From the IMG/VR virus record IMGVR_UViG_3300032236_001858: DNA of 64,000 nt, one strand, 5' to 3'. The notes under the pieces were generated by a model. That model searched no databases. It had not been told where the DNA came from and saw nothing but the letters and a program-made list of their open reading frames with translations. Shown in pieces: positions 34,588-43,209 of this stretch (positions within the stretch are counted from its first letter, which is position 1; every line of letters starts with the position of its first letter). Source of the DNA: a virus. Lineage: Duplodnaviria; Heunggongvirae; Uroviricota; Caudoviricetes. A program made the translations under genes and the position numbers.

Positions 34588-35070
34588 ATGATTAAATTTA
34601 GTAAAATGGTAACTGAAAATGCTAGTACATCTGGTTTTAAGTTAGGATTAGATGTTCATGGAGTTATAGATGCTATGCCTGAGTTCTTTGCTTTTCTAAC
34701 TGATTCATTTGTTAAAAATGGTGGTGAAGTTCACCTAATAACTGGTGGTCATTGGAACGAAGGATTTGAAAAACAACTAACTGAATGGGGTATAAAATGG
34801 TCACATAAATTTTCAGTTTATGACCATCTAATTGAAACTGGTGCTAATATTGTTGGTGAAATTCAATTCCCAGATGGAACAATTCAAAAGAAATTTGAAG
34901 ATGGTCTTTGGGACCATGTTAAGTCTGACTATTGTAAACAACATAATATATCATTACATATTGATGATACCTTGGTGTATAATGATTTTTTCCAAACACC
35001 ATTTGCTAGATTATGGTCACATAATCAAAAACCAAAAGCGTCTCATAAAGACCTAAGACACTTAAAATAA
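34588..35070 (+). CDS. HAD-like hydrolase with short leader
   Basis: MIKFSKMVTEN; LGLDVHGVID, LITGG, K...LHIDD; TAATATATA at 34575-34583. Confidence 0.65.
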   Translation: MIKFSKMVTENASTSGFKLGLDVHGVIDAMPEFFAFLTDSFVKNGGEVHLITGGHWNEGFEKQLTEWGIKWSHKFSVYDHLIETGANIVGEIQFPDGTIQKKFEDGLWDHVKSDYCKQHNISLHIDDTLVYNDFFQTPFARLWSHNQKPKASHKDLRHLK

Positions 35071-35498
35071 TGAAAAAATCCGCTGGTGTAGTTATTGTCT
35101 TGAGAAAAGACAAGGTATTTCTTTGTCATCCAACCAACTCAAATTGGTATGGAACTTATTCTTTTCCAAAGGGTGGAGTTGATAAAGATGAAACCACATT
35201 AGATGCTGCTATACGAGAACTAAAAGAAGAAACATCTATTGTAGTTAATACAAAACAAATATCAAATATTAAAGATCCTATTGTTGTTTATTACCAAAAT
35301 AAAAAGGGTATCTTATATAAGAGTATAGCTTTATATACGGTTTATATAAATAGTGTCTCTGAGATTGGTTTAGAGTCAGAAATTCTTCCAAAAGAAAGAC
35401 TTCAATTAGAAGAAGTTGACTGGGCCGGTTTTCTTACAAAAGAAGAAGCTAAATTAAGAATTTTTCATAAGACCGCTTCTGTATTAGAAACAATTTAA
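35070..35498 (+). CDS. Nudix hydrolase
   Basis: PKGGVDKDETTLDAAIRELKEETSI. Confidence 0.9.
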   Translation: MKKSAGVVIVLRKDKVFLCHPTNSNWYGTYSFPKGGVDKDETTLDAAIRELKEETSIVVNTKQISNIKDPIVVYYQNKKGILYKSIALYTVYINSVSEIGLESEILPKERLQLEEVDWAGFLTKEEAKLRIFHKTASVLETI

Positions 35499-35534
35499 TA
35501 CTAATGGTGTATAAATAAAAAATAAACTTTATTT

Positions 35535-35951
35535 ATGCCTTTACCTTTTTCCAATAATTTAAATTCTGCTGTTAATACATCAATACCTATAGCAATGATG
35601 TATCAAGGAGAAGAAAAAATTGAAATAAATTTAGACCATCCTATTTTTGTAGTTTATGTTAATACTAAAAATGTAAGTCCTCAAGTAGCTGAGGAGCATT
35701 TATATAAAACAAAAAAGATGTTTGATATCTATAAAAACATTACCGTTTGGGTTTTATCTTCTGATGAAAACAAAGTTGAATGTGTTTATGATGGTCAGTG
35801 TAGACAAAGAGATATGGAAATAAGTGACTTAATAAAAGAAATAAATACAAGAATTGACATTATGTCTAAATCAAACTCTTTTGAAGATTTCAAAATTAAC
35901 ATTAGGGATTGGCGAATAAATGAACTTGTAAATGGCTCTAAAGAAGAATAA
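35535..35951 (+). CDS. Hypothetical protein with C-terminal R-x3-I-x2-L-V motif
   Basis: Ends IRDWRINELVNGSKEE. Confidence 0.7.
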   Translation: MPLPFSNNLNSAVNTSIPIAMMYQGEEKIEINLDHPIFVVYVNTKNVSPQVAEEHLYKTKKMFDIYKNITVWVLSSDENKVECVYDGQCRQRDMEISDLIKEINTRIDIMSKSNSFEDFKINIRDWRINELVNGSKEE

Positions 35952-36303
35952 AACAGAAATACTTGATAAGATAATAACCAATGAAGAACTTGGTTATTAT
36001 CATTGGAGTTGGTTGGATGATGATGATTGGGATTATCATGATGGTTATTGTGATTGCTATATGTGTATGCCTGTTGACTATGATTACTTACCAGATGAGT
36101 TTCAACCTAAACCAATTGAGCATATTAGTAAGAGAGGTATTAGAGTAACCATAAGTTCATATCAAACAGGTAGATTAATAGATATGACTTCTATTTATTC
36201 TAAAGAAACTCTTAGGCAAAAAAGAATCAACCATATTTTAGGCATAGAATCAATGGAACATTCTCGTCCAACTTTTGCGGATATTTTGAATATTAAAAAA
36301 TAA
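35932..36303 (+). CDS. Hypothetical protein with CxCxxC and R-x3-I-x2-I-L motif
   Basis: GYCDCYMC; LRQKRINHILG. Confidence 0.65.
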   Translation: MALKKNKTEILDKIITNEELGYYHWSWLDDDDWDYHDGYCDCYMCMPVDYDYLPDEFQPKPIEHISKRGIRVTISSYQTGRLIDMTSIYSKETLRQKRINHILGIESMEHSRPTFADILNIKK

Positions 36304-36334
36304 TCCTTATCTTTGTATAACAAAATTAAAAGAT

Positions 36335-36475
36335 ATGGATATAACATTATTAGTTTCAGACGTTCTTGACAATCAGAATTTGGATGTTAATGGTGTAGGT
36401 GATTTTCTTCAGATGGCTGAAGATTATAAATATCAACTTTTAATGGATGAACTCAATGCTGAGTTAAATTCATAA
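36335..36475 (+). CDS. 46-aa acidic ORF (not in ORF track)
   Basis: MDITLLVSDVLDNQNLDVNGVGDFLQMAEDYKYQLLMDELNAELNS; TATCTTTG at 36308-36315. Confidence 0.5.
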   Translation: MDITLLVSDVLDNQNLDVNGVGDFLQMAEDYKYQLLMDELNAELNS

Positions 36476-36481
36476 TAATAA

Positions 36482-36553
36482 GGTCGGGTGACCGAGTGTT
36501 TTAGGTGGAGGCCTGCAAAGCCTTTAACGGTGGTTAGAATCCATCCCCGACCT
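36482..36553 (+). tRNA. tRNA-Cys (GCA), no encoded CCA, variant elbow (U19/A56)
   Basis: Acceptor GGTCGGG/CCCGACC, discriminator T; anticodon arm GAGGC-CTGCAAA-GCCTT; T arm GGTGG-TTAGAAT-CCATC. Confidence 0.9.
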
Positions 36554-36567
36554 CTAATTTTATATTA

Positions 36568-37161
36568 ATGGCAAATTCATATCGTTTAGGTACGGTTCAT
36601 ACCAACTATTTATCAAATGATGAACTAAAAACTGAGTTCAGAGATTACAAGTTAAAAGTTATTAATGGTGACGTAAAGTTTACACCATCTGAAAGGTTCA
36701 TAGAGAAATATAAAGAAACTTTGTATTTCATTTCAGATAAATTTCCTAATGATATTATCAGTGGCTCACTAGCATTGAATTTATTTGGTCTTATTAATCG
36801 AGACACAAATGATATTGATATCATAATTGATGATAAAGATAGATATCCTAAATATCATAAAGACCATTATGATGATGAATTCTCTTCAGTAAACAGATTG
36901 GGTTTTATTGCGTTCAAATATAAAAGAGGTATTTTTACTTCTGAGAAAAAATATAATGTGGATTTCTTCCATAATACTTATGGTGCTTCTTTTATTACAT
37001 TTAATTTCAATGGTAAGGAACTTAAACTTCACAATCCTTTAGAGGTTATGGATTATAAGTTAAATATGGCTATTGATCCAAAAATTAGTAGAACTACTTC
37101 TTTTAAACACAATGAAGATTTGACAAGAATTTTTGGTCAAATGTCTTGGCAATTAATGTAA
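36568..37161 (+). CDS. Pol-beta-fold nucleotidyltransferase
   Basis: IISGSLALNLFG...DTNDIDII (GS...DxD), VDFF, K...KH..DL. Confidence 0.75.
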   Translation: MANSYRLGTVHTNYLSNDELKTEFRDYKLKVINGDVKFTPSERFIEKYKETLYFISDKFPNDIISGSLALNLFGLINRDTNDIDIIIDDKDRYPKYHKDHYDDEFSSVNRLGFIAFKYKRGIFTSEKKYNVDFFHNTYGASFITFNFNGKELKLHNPLEVMDYKLNMAIDPKISRTTSFKHNEDLTRIFGQMSWQLM

Positions 37162-37168
37162 ATTTTAG

Positions 37169-37176
37169 TATCTTTG
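37169..37176 (+). promoter_or_regulatory. Bacteroidota-type -7 element TATCTTTG
   Basis: 4 nt before ATG 37181. Confidence 0.7.
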
Positions 37177-37180
37177 TGTT

Positions 37181-37816
37181 ATGGCAAAGTACCTCAGTTA
37201 TCGTTATATTTTTCCTCCACGTCCAAAAAACGCAATTCCAGACTCTGAATTATCTTTCTGGGATAATGGATCTTTGATTGCTCAACCAAAATTAAATGGT
37301 TCAAATTGTGTTATCTTTACAAATGGCGAAAAAACTATTGTAATGAACCGTCATAATCAAAGACTTACTAACTTTAATCTATCTGATAATGAAATCAAAG
37401 ATATTTATCATGGTGAAGGCTGGATGATTTTGAACGGAGAGTATATGAATAAGTCTAAGTCTGATGAAAATAGCCAAGTATTCAATCACAAGTTTGTTAT
37501 TTTTGACATTCTTAGTTATAACGGTGAATATCTTGTAGGTAAAACATTTGAAGAAAGAATTAAATTACTTGATAGTCTTTATGGTCAAGTAGATTCTGAA
37601 AAAGAATATCTATTCAAAGTAACAGAAAATGTTTATCGTGTTAAATCTTATGAAGTTGATTTCAAAAATATTTTTGATAAATTAACTCCGATTGATATGA
37701 TTGAAGGCTTGGTGATGAAGCGTAAGAATGCTCGTCTTGAATTAGGTACTTCTGAAAATAATAATACTAAAAGTCAGTTGAAATGCCGCAAAGCAACCAA
37801 AAACTATAAATATTAA
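37181..37816 (+). CDS. ATP-dependent polynucleotide ligase, adenylation domain only
   Basis: Motif I QPKLNG, III LNGEY, IIIa FVIFDIL, IV EGLVMK, V KCRK; no OB fold. Confidence 0.8.
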   Translation: MAKYLSYRYIFPPRPKNAIPDSELSFWDNGSLIAQPKLNGSNCVIFTNGEKTIVMNRHNQRLTNFNLSDNEIKDIYHGEGWMILNGEYMNKSKSDENSQVFNHKFVIFDILSYNGEYLVGKTFEERIKLLDSLYGQVDSEKEYLFKVTENVYRVKSYEVDFKNIFDKLTPIDMIEGLVMKRKNARLELGTSENNNTKSQLKCRKATKNYKY

Positions 37817-37819
37817 TTT

Positions 37820-38047
37820 ATGCCAAGTAACTGGAATCATTTTTGTCCTTATTGTTTAACAACGACAAAACAAAATATTAAATGTGGTACTTGTGGTCAA
37901 GAGACTATGACTATATCAAAACAAGCCAGAGTTCCTAAAAAAGGAGCTAGTAAAAAAGAGTGGAAATTACTTTTTGATACATTTCCCTATATTTTGGCTA
38001 ATGCTCCTAGAACAAAATCTTTAGTTGATTTGGGGTTTCAAAAGTAA
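37820..38047 (+). CDS. Small zinc-finger protein
   Basis: CPYC...CGTCG. Confidence 0.6.
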   Translation: MPSNWNHFCPYCLTTTKQNIKCGTCGQETMTISKQARVPKKGASKKEWKLLFDTFPYILANAPRTKSLVDLGFQK

Positions 38048-38087
38048 TTCTATTAATTTAATATATAAGAAAAACAATCAAGATAAC

Positions 38088-38657
38088 GTGGATAAATTCT
38101 CAAAATTAAAGCCAAAAGACGAATTTGCAGAAGGTAAAGAAAAAGTTCTTTACAAAGATAATCACTTTCAAATTGTTAAATTTGAAGATTGGTCAATCTT
38201 AAAAGAAAGAGATGCGGTTTGTTGCATTCCTTATTTGATTGAAACAAATCAAATAGTTTTGAGATATGAATATGTTCCTACTTTCAAATATGCTGATGGT
38301 CAAGAATATCATGTTACTTTAGTATGTGGTGGTATAGAACAAGGTGAGTCTGTTGAGAAAGCCTTGAGAAGAGAACTTGAAGAAGAAGCTGGTATTGTTA
38401 TAAGAGACGATTTTCAATTTGAAGAAGAAATGAAGCCACTTTTTATCAATAAGGCTACTGCTAATAAATATTATCCATTCCTTATTCCCTTGAATGAAAG
38501 AGATTATCACGAGGTAGTTGCTAAAGGTGATGGATCTAAAGAAGAAGAACTAAGTAAGTCTGTAAAAGTTGATGTTAAATATATCAACTCACTTAATCCA
38601 TCTGATTTAATAACAGATTATATGCTAATGAAACTTAAAGAATATCTTAAACCATAA
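38088..38657 (+). CDS. Nudix hydrolase, ADP-ribose pyrophosphatase-like (track start 38025; GTG 38088 more likely)
   Basis: DAVCCIPY...LRYEY...CGGIEQGESVEKALRRELEEEAGI. Confidence 0.85.
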   Translation: MDKFSKLKPKDEFAEGKEKVLYKDNHFQIVKFEDWSILKERDAVCCIPYLIETNQIVLRYEYVPTFKYADGQEYHVTLVCGGIEQGESVEKALRRELEEEAGIVIRDDFQFEEEMKPLFINKATANKYYPFLIPLNERDYHEVVAKGDGSKEEELSKSVKVDVKYINSLNPSDLITDYMLMKLKEYLKP

Positions 38658-38663
38658 AAAACT

Positions 38664-38690
38664 AAAAACCCACTCTAAAGTGGGTTTTTT
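38664..38690. terminator. Bidirectional intrinsic terminator
   Basis: AAAAACCCACT-CTAA-AGTGGGTTTTTT. Confidence 0.85.
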
Positions 38691-40023
38691 ATTTTAAGTA
38701 TCTTTCTAAGTCAGATTTTATTTCACTATTAAGTAATTTTGAATCTACATCACCATAGTCTGAAAAGTTTGGTTGCATTTCATAGGTAAAATATTGTTCA
38801 CCACACCAGTCCTTGAATATATCAAATAAACTATTATCCTTTAGTCTATCTGCATCTTCGTTATCTATCCAGTCATTGCTATAAGGGATAGTATAAAATG
38901 TATCAAGTTCTTGATACTCTTTTCTTGTTTGATTTCCATCAGCATCTTTAGTTGTATAGTATTTAGTGACTTCTCTTTTTTCTTTTGTATATGTAAATTC
39001 CTTTTCAACTATCTCATCAAACTCATTTAGAATTTCTTGGTAGTTAGCATCAACATGAGCATTCATTTCCCAATCTCCAATAGTTTGTTTAACCTCTTGA
39101 CAGATTTCAGAATTTTTACATAGTTTTTTTAATGTATCATAATATCTTTCTTTTAGTAAATAGTTAATAACTTCTTCTTCTGATTTACCTTCCAAGTTTT
39201 CATTTTCTGATTCTGATATAAAATTTTCTAAACCACCAACTTCTTTAATCATAGCTTTGACTAATAGAATTCCATTTTCTTTATCTAATGTATATTGAAA
39301 CATTGATGATGTATCTGGTTGATAATCAGAACCATAGTAATTATCATACATATTTTCTTCTCCGTTTACTAAAATATCTTTATAACTTGACTTTCTTGAT
39401 AACATAATATCAGACATGTCTTCTAGATTAACTTCAACATAAACTTTACCTTCTTTGATAATAGCATCTGACCAGTTGTAATATTTTACAAGTTCTTCTT
39501 CAGTGAATTCAAATGTATCTTTTGATTTAGCAAAAATAGCAATATAATCATTTGCTTCTAATAATTCAGGCTCACTGGAATTCCAGTTATCTGTAAAAAA
39601 TAAACCACCTTTAATTTCTACACCATCTATATCGCCAATATTACCATCCGCGTCGTGTATTGATACTTCAGCATTTGCTTCTTCTGCTATAATTGAACAA
39701 GCAAATTGAAATGTAGAAGTAACATCATCGTTTTTAATTTTTTGTCCTTTATGAATGCTAATCCAGTAAGAAGGTATAACTTTATCACCAGCTTTTACTT
39801 TATCAGTAAAAACATCTTTTTCACTTTCTACCCATTCTCCATTTTTATAAGCACCTCGTTTAACTTTTTCTGAAAATCCAAATTCTACTGAAACAAAATA
39901 TCCAGCATCTGTTATTTCTAACATATAGTCGGTGATATCTTCTTCGGTTAGTTTCCAAAGAGTTTTCTCTTCTATTTGCTCTTTAATAGATTCTTTAATA
40001 AAGTCTAGATACTTTTTAATCAT
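38689..40023 (-). CDS. Acidic hypothetical protein with capsid-targeting-like leader
   Basis: MIKKYLDFIKES; TTATATATA 4 nt upstream. Confidence 0.75.
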   Translation of the reverse strand: MIKKYLDFIKESIKEQIEEKTLWKLTEEDITDYMLEITDAGYFVSVEFGFSEKVKRGAYKNGEWVESEKDVFTDKVKAGDKVIPSYWISIHKGQKIKNDDVTSTFQFACSIIAEEANAEVSIHDADGNIGDIDGVEIKGGLFFTDNWNSSEPELLEANDYIAIFAKSKDTFEFTEEELVKYYNWSDAIIKEGKVYVEVNLEDMSDIMLSRKSSYKDILVNGEENMYDNYYGSDYQPDTSSMFQYTLDKENGILLVKAMIKEVGGLENFISESENENLEGKSEEEVINYLLKERYYDTLKKLCKNSEICQEVKQTIGDWEMNAHVDANYQEILNEFDEIVEKEFTYTKEKREVTKYYTTKDADGNQTRKEYQELDTFYTIPYSNDWIDNEDADRLKDNSLFDIFKDWCGEQYFTYEMQPNFSDYGDVDSKLLNSEIKSDLERYLK

Positions 40024-40034
40024 AGTCTATATAT

Positions 40035-40067
40035 AAAAAAAGAGAGACTATTTTGTCTCTCTTTTTT
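40035..40067 (-). terminator. Intrinsic terminator of the 40088..41035 transcript
   Basis: A7-GAGAGAC-TATTTT-GTCTCTC-T6. Confidence 0.8.
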
Positions 40068-40087
40068 AACTGTTCGCTTATTTAATT

Positions 40088-41035
40088 TTAGATTTTACTT
40101 AGTAATTCTGCTTTCTTTTCAGAAAACTCTTCATCTGTTAAGATACCTGCTGAATGTAAATCGCCTAATTTTTTGATTAGTTCAATTACTTCATCAGATT
40201 CTTGTTTAAGTATGTCTTTAAGACCTATTTTTTTCACATCTTTAACTTCTGCTGGCTTTCTACTTTCAGGTAAAATTTGGATAATAGTAGAAGCAATATA
40301 ATGCTTTTCAAAGTCTATATCAACTTCAGTGAATTTTTGATTAGAAGCTTCACCTTTTTCTACTCTACCTGTTTCAACGGAATTGATAGGGGTCATATTA
40401 CTTGATAGAGAACCATATGTTTTTGATAAATCAACATCAGAAGTGTAACTACAATTTACAGCATTGTTACTTGAGTAATAAGCATTTGTTGTAGTTGTAG
40501 AGCCTATAATACCTGATCCGTTTGTTGTTAAGCAACCACTATAAGTTGGAGTTGTTGTTCCAAACCAAACACTAGGTCTGTAGTAAGGATAAGACGGATA
40601 GGTTGGGTAATAAACCGGGTACCACTTTTCAACAATGATTTTATCAAATTTTGACTTCCAGTTATCTAAAGTAATAACATCTTCTTTATAGAAGAAAACT
40701 TCTAAAAGACCATTGTTCTGAGTAGCATCTAATGCTTCTCCAGAGTTTTCAATTTCGTAAGTTGAAAATTTGAATTTTTTTCTATCGTCAATAAAGCAGT
40801 CAAGATAAACCCTTTGTCCTGGTTTTACTACTAATCCTGTTTTTGAGATTGATTGACCGTTTAATTTAATATCAGCGAGTACTGAAACGGTTAGTGGGTT
40901 AAATAATTCGATTTCGAATTCGTCTCCATCAGTTAAGAAGACTTTCCCATTTTTAATTGATTTTCTCCCTCTGTCGTTAGGAGATACAATCCAAGCATTT
41001 GGCTTGGAATTGCTACTTGCAATTGTTTTTGCCAT
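40088..41035 (-). CDS. Hypothetical protein with C-terminal SHOCT domain
   Basis: N-terminal beta domain (FEIELFNP...IKLNG...GLVVKPGQRVYLDCF); IKKLGDLHSAGILTDEEFSEKKAELL. Confidence 0.75.
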   Translation of the reverse strand: MAKTIASSNSKPNAWIVSPNDRGRKSIKNGKVFLTDGDEFEIELFNPLTVSVLADIKLNGQSISKTGLVVKPGQRVYLDCFIDDRKKFKFSTYEIENSGEALDATQNNGLLEVFFYKEDVITLDNWKSKFDKIIVEKWYPVYYPTYPSYPYYRPSVWFGTTTPTYSGCLTTNGSGIIGSTTTTNAYYSSNNAVNCSYTSDVDLSKTYGSLSSNMTPINSVETGRVEKGEASNQKFTEVDIDFEKHYIASTIIQILPESRKPAEVKDVKKIGLKDILKQESDEVIELIKKLGDLHSAGILTDEEFSEKKAELLSKI

Positions 41036-41130
41036 AGTTATTCATTTTTATTTTATCCTATATCTTTGATTCATTTCTAAATCTCAAAGGCATCCTGATG
41101 ATACCCGACATAAGTGTAGCGAACAGCTAA
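41036..41130 (-). promoter_or_regulatory. Structured 5' leader of the SHOCT gene, complementary to its 3' UTR
   Basis: GC-rich leader; hairpin GGTATC-ATCAG-GATGCC; TTAGCTGTTCGCT can pair with AGCGAACAGTTAA just before the terminator. Confidence 0.55.
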
Positions 41131-41148
41131 ATTATATATTGAAAAACT

Positions 41149-41682
41149 TTATGCTTGTTGTAAATTTGTTCCACAATTTGGACAAAACTTATAATTATTG
41201 TTGACTGAACCACAATTATAACAATATTTAACATTACTAGCAGTTGGTGAAATGGTAATATTTTCTGTTTTTTCCATATAGATAAAATTTGTATTTGGAT
41301 ATACTTTATCTCTTTTACCTTGTATAGTAATTTCTGGATTGTAGTCTATTCTATACACCCATGGACTTTTTATCCATCTTGTAAAAATATTTGTTTTTTG
41401 GTCTATTTCATTTCTATCATTACCATTTATATAAACTATTATTTTAGAGGCGTTTGTCTTTTCTATCAAACCACCACTACCTGTTAAAATATTGTATAAT
41501 GTACCCATTGTTGAAAATACTTCAGAGTTGTCAGGTGTGCCACTTACTAAATTAAACTCTAAAGTCCATAAACCAGATCCACGAGTAGTCTCAACCAATC
41601 GTATTGAGTATTTAGTTCCGTTATCAGATGTAAAAATTATTACATTTGACCATAAAAGAGATTTATCTATTGTATAAGACAT
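41149..41682 (-). CDS. Hypothetical protein with C-terminal double zinc ribbon
   Basis: YCYNCG...KFCPNCGTNL. Confidence 0.7.
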   Translation of the reverse strand: MSYTIDKSLLWSNVIIFTSDNGTKYSIRLVETTRGSGLWTLEFNLVSGTPDNSEVFSTMGTLYNILTGSGGLIEKTNASKIIVYINGNDRNEIDQKTNIFTRWIKSPWVYRIDYNPEITIQGKRDKVYPNTNFIYMEKTENITISPTASNVKYCYNCGSVNNNYKFCPNCGTNLQQA

Positions 41683-41765
41683 AAATTATATATTAAAAAA
41701 TCAACTCCATTTGTTTTTTACTAATAAATGTTGTATATTTGTATATAATTAATAATTTAGATAAA

Positions 41766-42992
41766 GTGGATATAAAAGAAAATATAATTTTAGAAACCTT
41801 CCTAAGACTTACTAGTCGTACATATCCTCATGGTAGTGAGGATGTGTTGGTAGAATCCATGATTGAACAAGGTATTTTTCCAGTAGATTTACAAAAAGAT
41901 ATACACGGTAACTATTTCTATAAAATAGGTGAGTCAAGAACTATATTTGCTTCACACTTAGATACCGTTAGTAAAGAAGAAACTGAGGTTGTTCATACAT
42001 TTGATGGTGATATTATTGGTACTGATGGTAAGACTACCTTAGGTGCTGATGATAAGGCGGGAGTTACCGTTATGTTACATTTAATGAAGAATGGTATTCC
42101 AGGTCTTTATTACTTTTTTATTGGTGAAGAAGTTGGTTGTATTGGTTCTGGTTTAGCTTCTTCAATGTCTATTCAAGACTTCAAAGGTAAATATGATAGA
42201 ATTATTTCTTTTGATAGAAGGGATGTTGATTCTGTTATTACTTATCAATCATCAACAAGATGTTGTTCTGATGCTTTTGCTGATGCTTTGGCAAAACAAT
42301 TAAATTATTCCGGATTAAAATATAGAAAAGATGAAGGTGGTGTTTATACAGACTCTGCTGAATTTACTTCTATTATACCAGAGTGTACTAACTTATCTGT
42401 AGGTTATTACAAAGAGCATACTTTTAACGAGACTCAAGATATTAAACACCTTGAAAGATTAGCTAATGCTTGTTTATCAGTTGATTGGGAAAATCTTCCA
42501 ACTGAAAGAGACATGACTAAAAAAGAATATCGCTCTTATGGTTCATATAACTATGGTGGTTATAAAAACTATTCTAATTATGCAACACCTGCTACCAAAT
42601 CTAATGATTGGAGAAGAAGAGATTATGGATATCACGATGATTGGTATGACCAAAGCACAAGTAGTTGGGTTACAGATGATGATGCACCAATAGATAATAG
42701 TGTAGATGATATTGACTGGGAAATTGAGTATGGTAAATACAAAAAAACACGCAGAAAAAATAAAGGTAAAACTTATTTTGATAACGGATCTGGTGGTTTA
42801 GTTCCATTCAAAGAAGCAAAATATCCTAACTATCTTGGTGATAAAAATTATTATGATGGTTTGATTGATAAAATTGTCAAAGATGATTTAACAAGAGAAG
42901 ATTTAGAAATTGTTAAAGATCAATATTTAGATATGACTAAAGAAAATGATAGAATGTTTTACCAATATCTTTTAGGAAATATTATCGACTAA
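41766..42992 (+). CDS. M28-family zinc peptidase with Tyr/Asp-rich C-terminal tail (track start 41739)
   Basis: SHLDTV, LGADDKAG, GEEVGCIGS, SFDRR, YTDS, NLSVGYYKEH; TATATTTG at 41734-41741. Confidence 0.85.
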   Translation: MDIKENIILETFLRLTSRTYPHGSEDVLVESMIEQGIFPVDLQKDIHGNYFYKIGESRTIFASHLDTVSKEETEVVHTFDGDIIGTDGKTTLGADDKAGVTVMLHLMKNGIPGLYYFFIGEEVGCIGSGLASSMSIQDFKGKYDRIISFDRRDVDSVITYQSSTRCCSDAFADALAKQLNYSGLKYRKDEGGVYTDSAEFTSIIPECTNLSVGYYKEHTFNETQDIKHLERLANACLSVDWENLPTERDMTKKEYRSYGSYNYGGYKNYSNYATPATKSNDWRRRDYGYHDDWYDQSTSSWVTDDDAPIDNSVDDIDWEIEYGKYKKTRRKNKGKTYFDNGSGGLVPFKEAKYPNYLGDKNYYDGLIDKIVKDDLTREDLEIVKDQYLDMTKENDRMFYQYLLGNIID

Positions 42993-43194
42993 AATCAATA
43001 ATATCAGAAGATTTAATAATTTCATCAGGAGCATTTTTTATTTCAGAATTTGGAACATTATGGCTAACTTTGTAAGAAACTTTAGATATTTTCTCAACAA
43101 TTTTAACAGGAGTAATCATGTCATTGTACCAGTATTCTATAAGAACGATGTCACCTTCTTTATAAAACGATTTAAATTCTAATAAAAACTTCAT
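42982..43194 (-). CDS. Small SH3/KOW-like protein with leader
   Basis: MKFLLEFKSF; EGDIVLIEY...VKIVEK...YKVS. Confidence 0.6.
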   Translation of the reverse strand: MKFLLEFKSFYKEGDIVLIEYWYNDMITPVKIVEKISKVSYKVSHNVPNSEIKNAPDEIIKSSDIIDFSR

Positions 43195-43209
43195 AAAGTA
43201 TATATAAAA

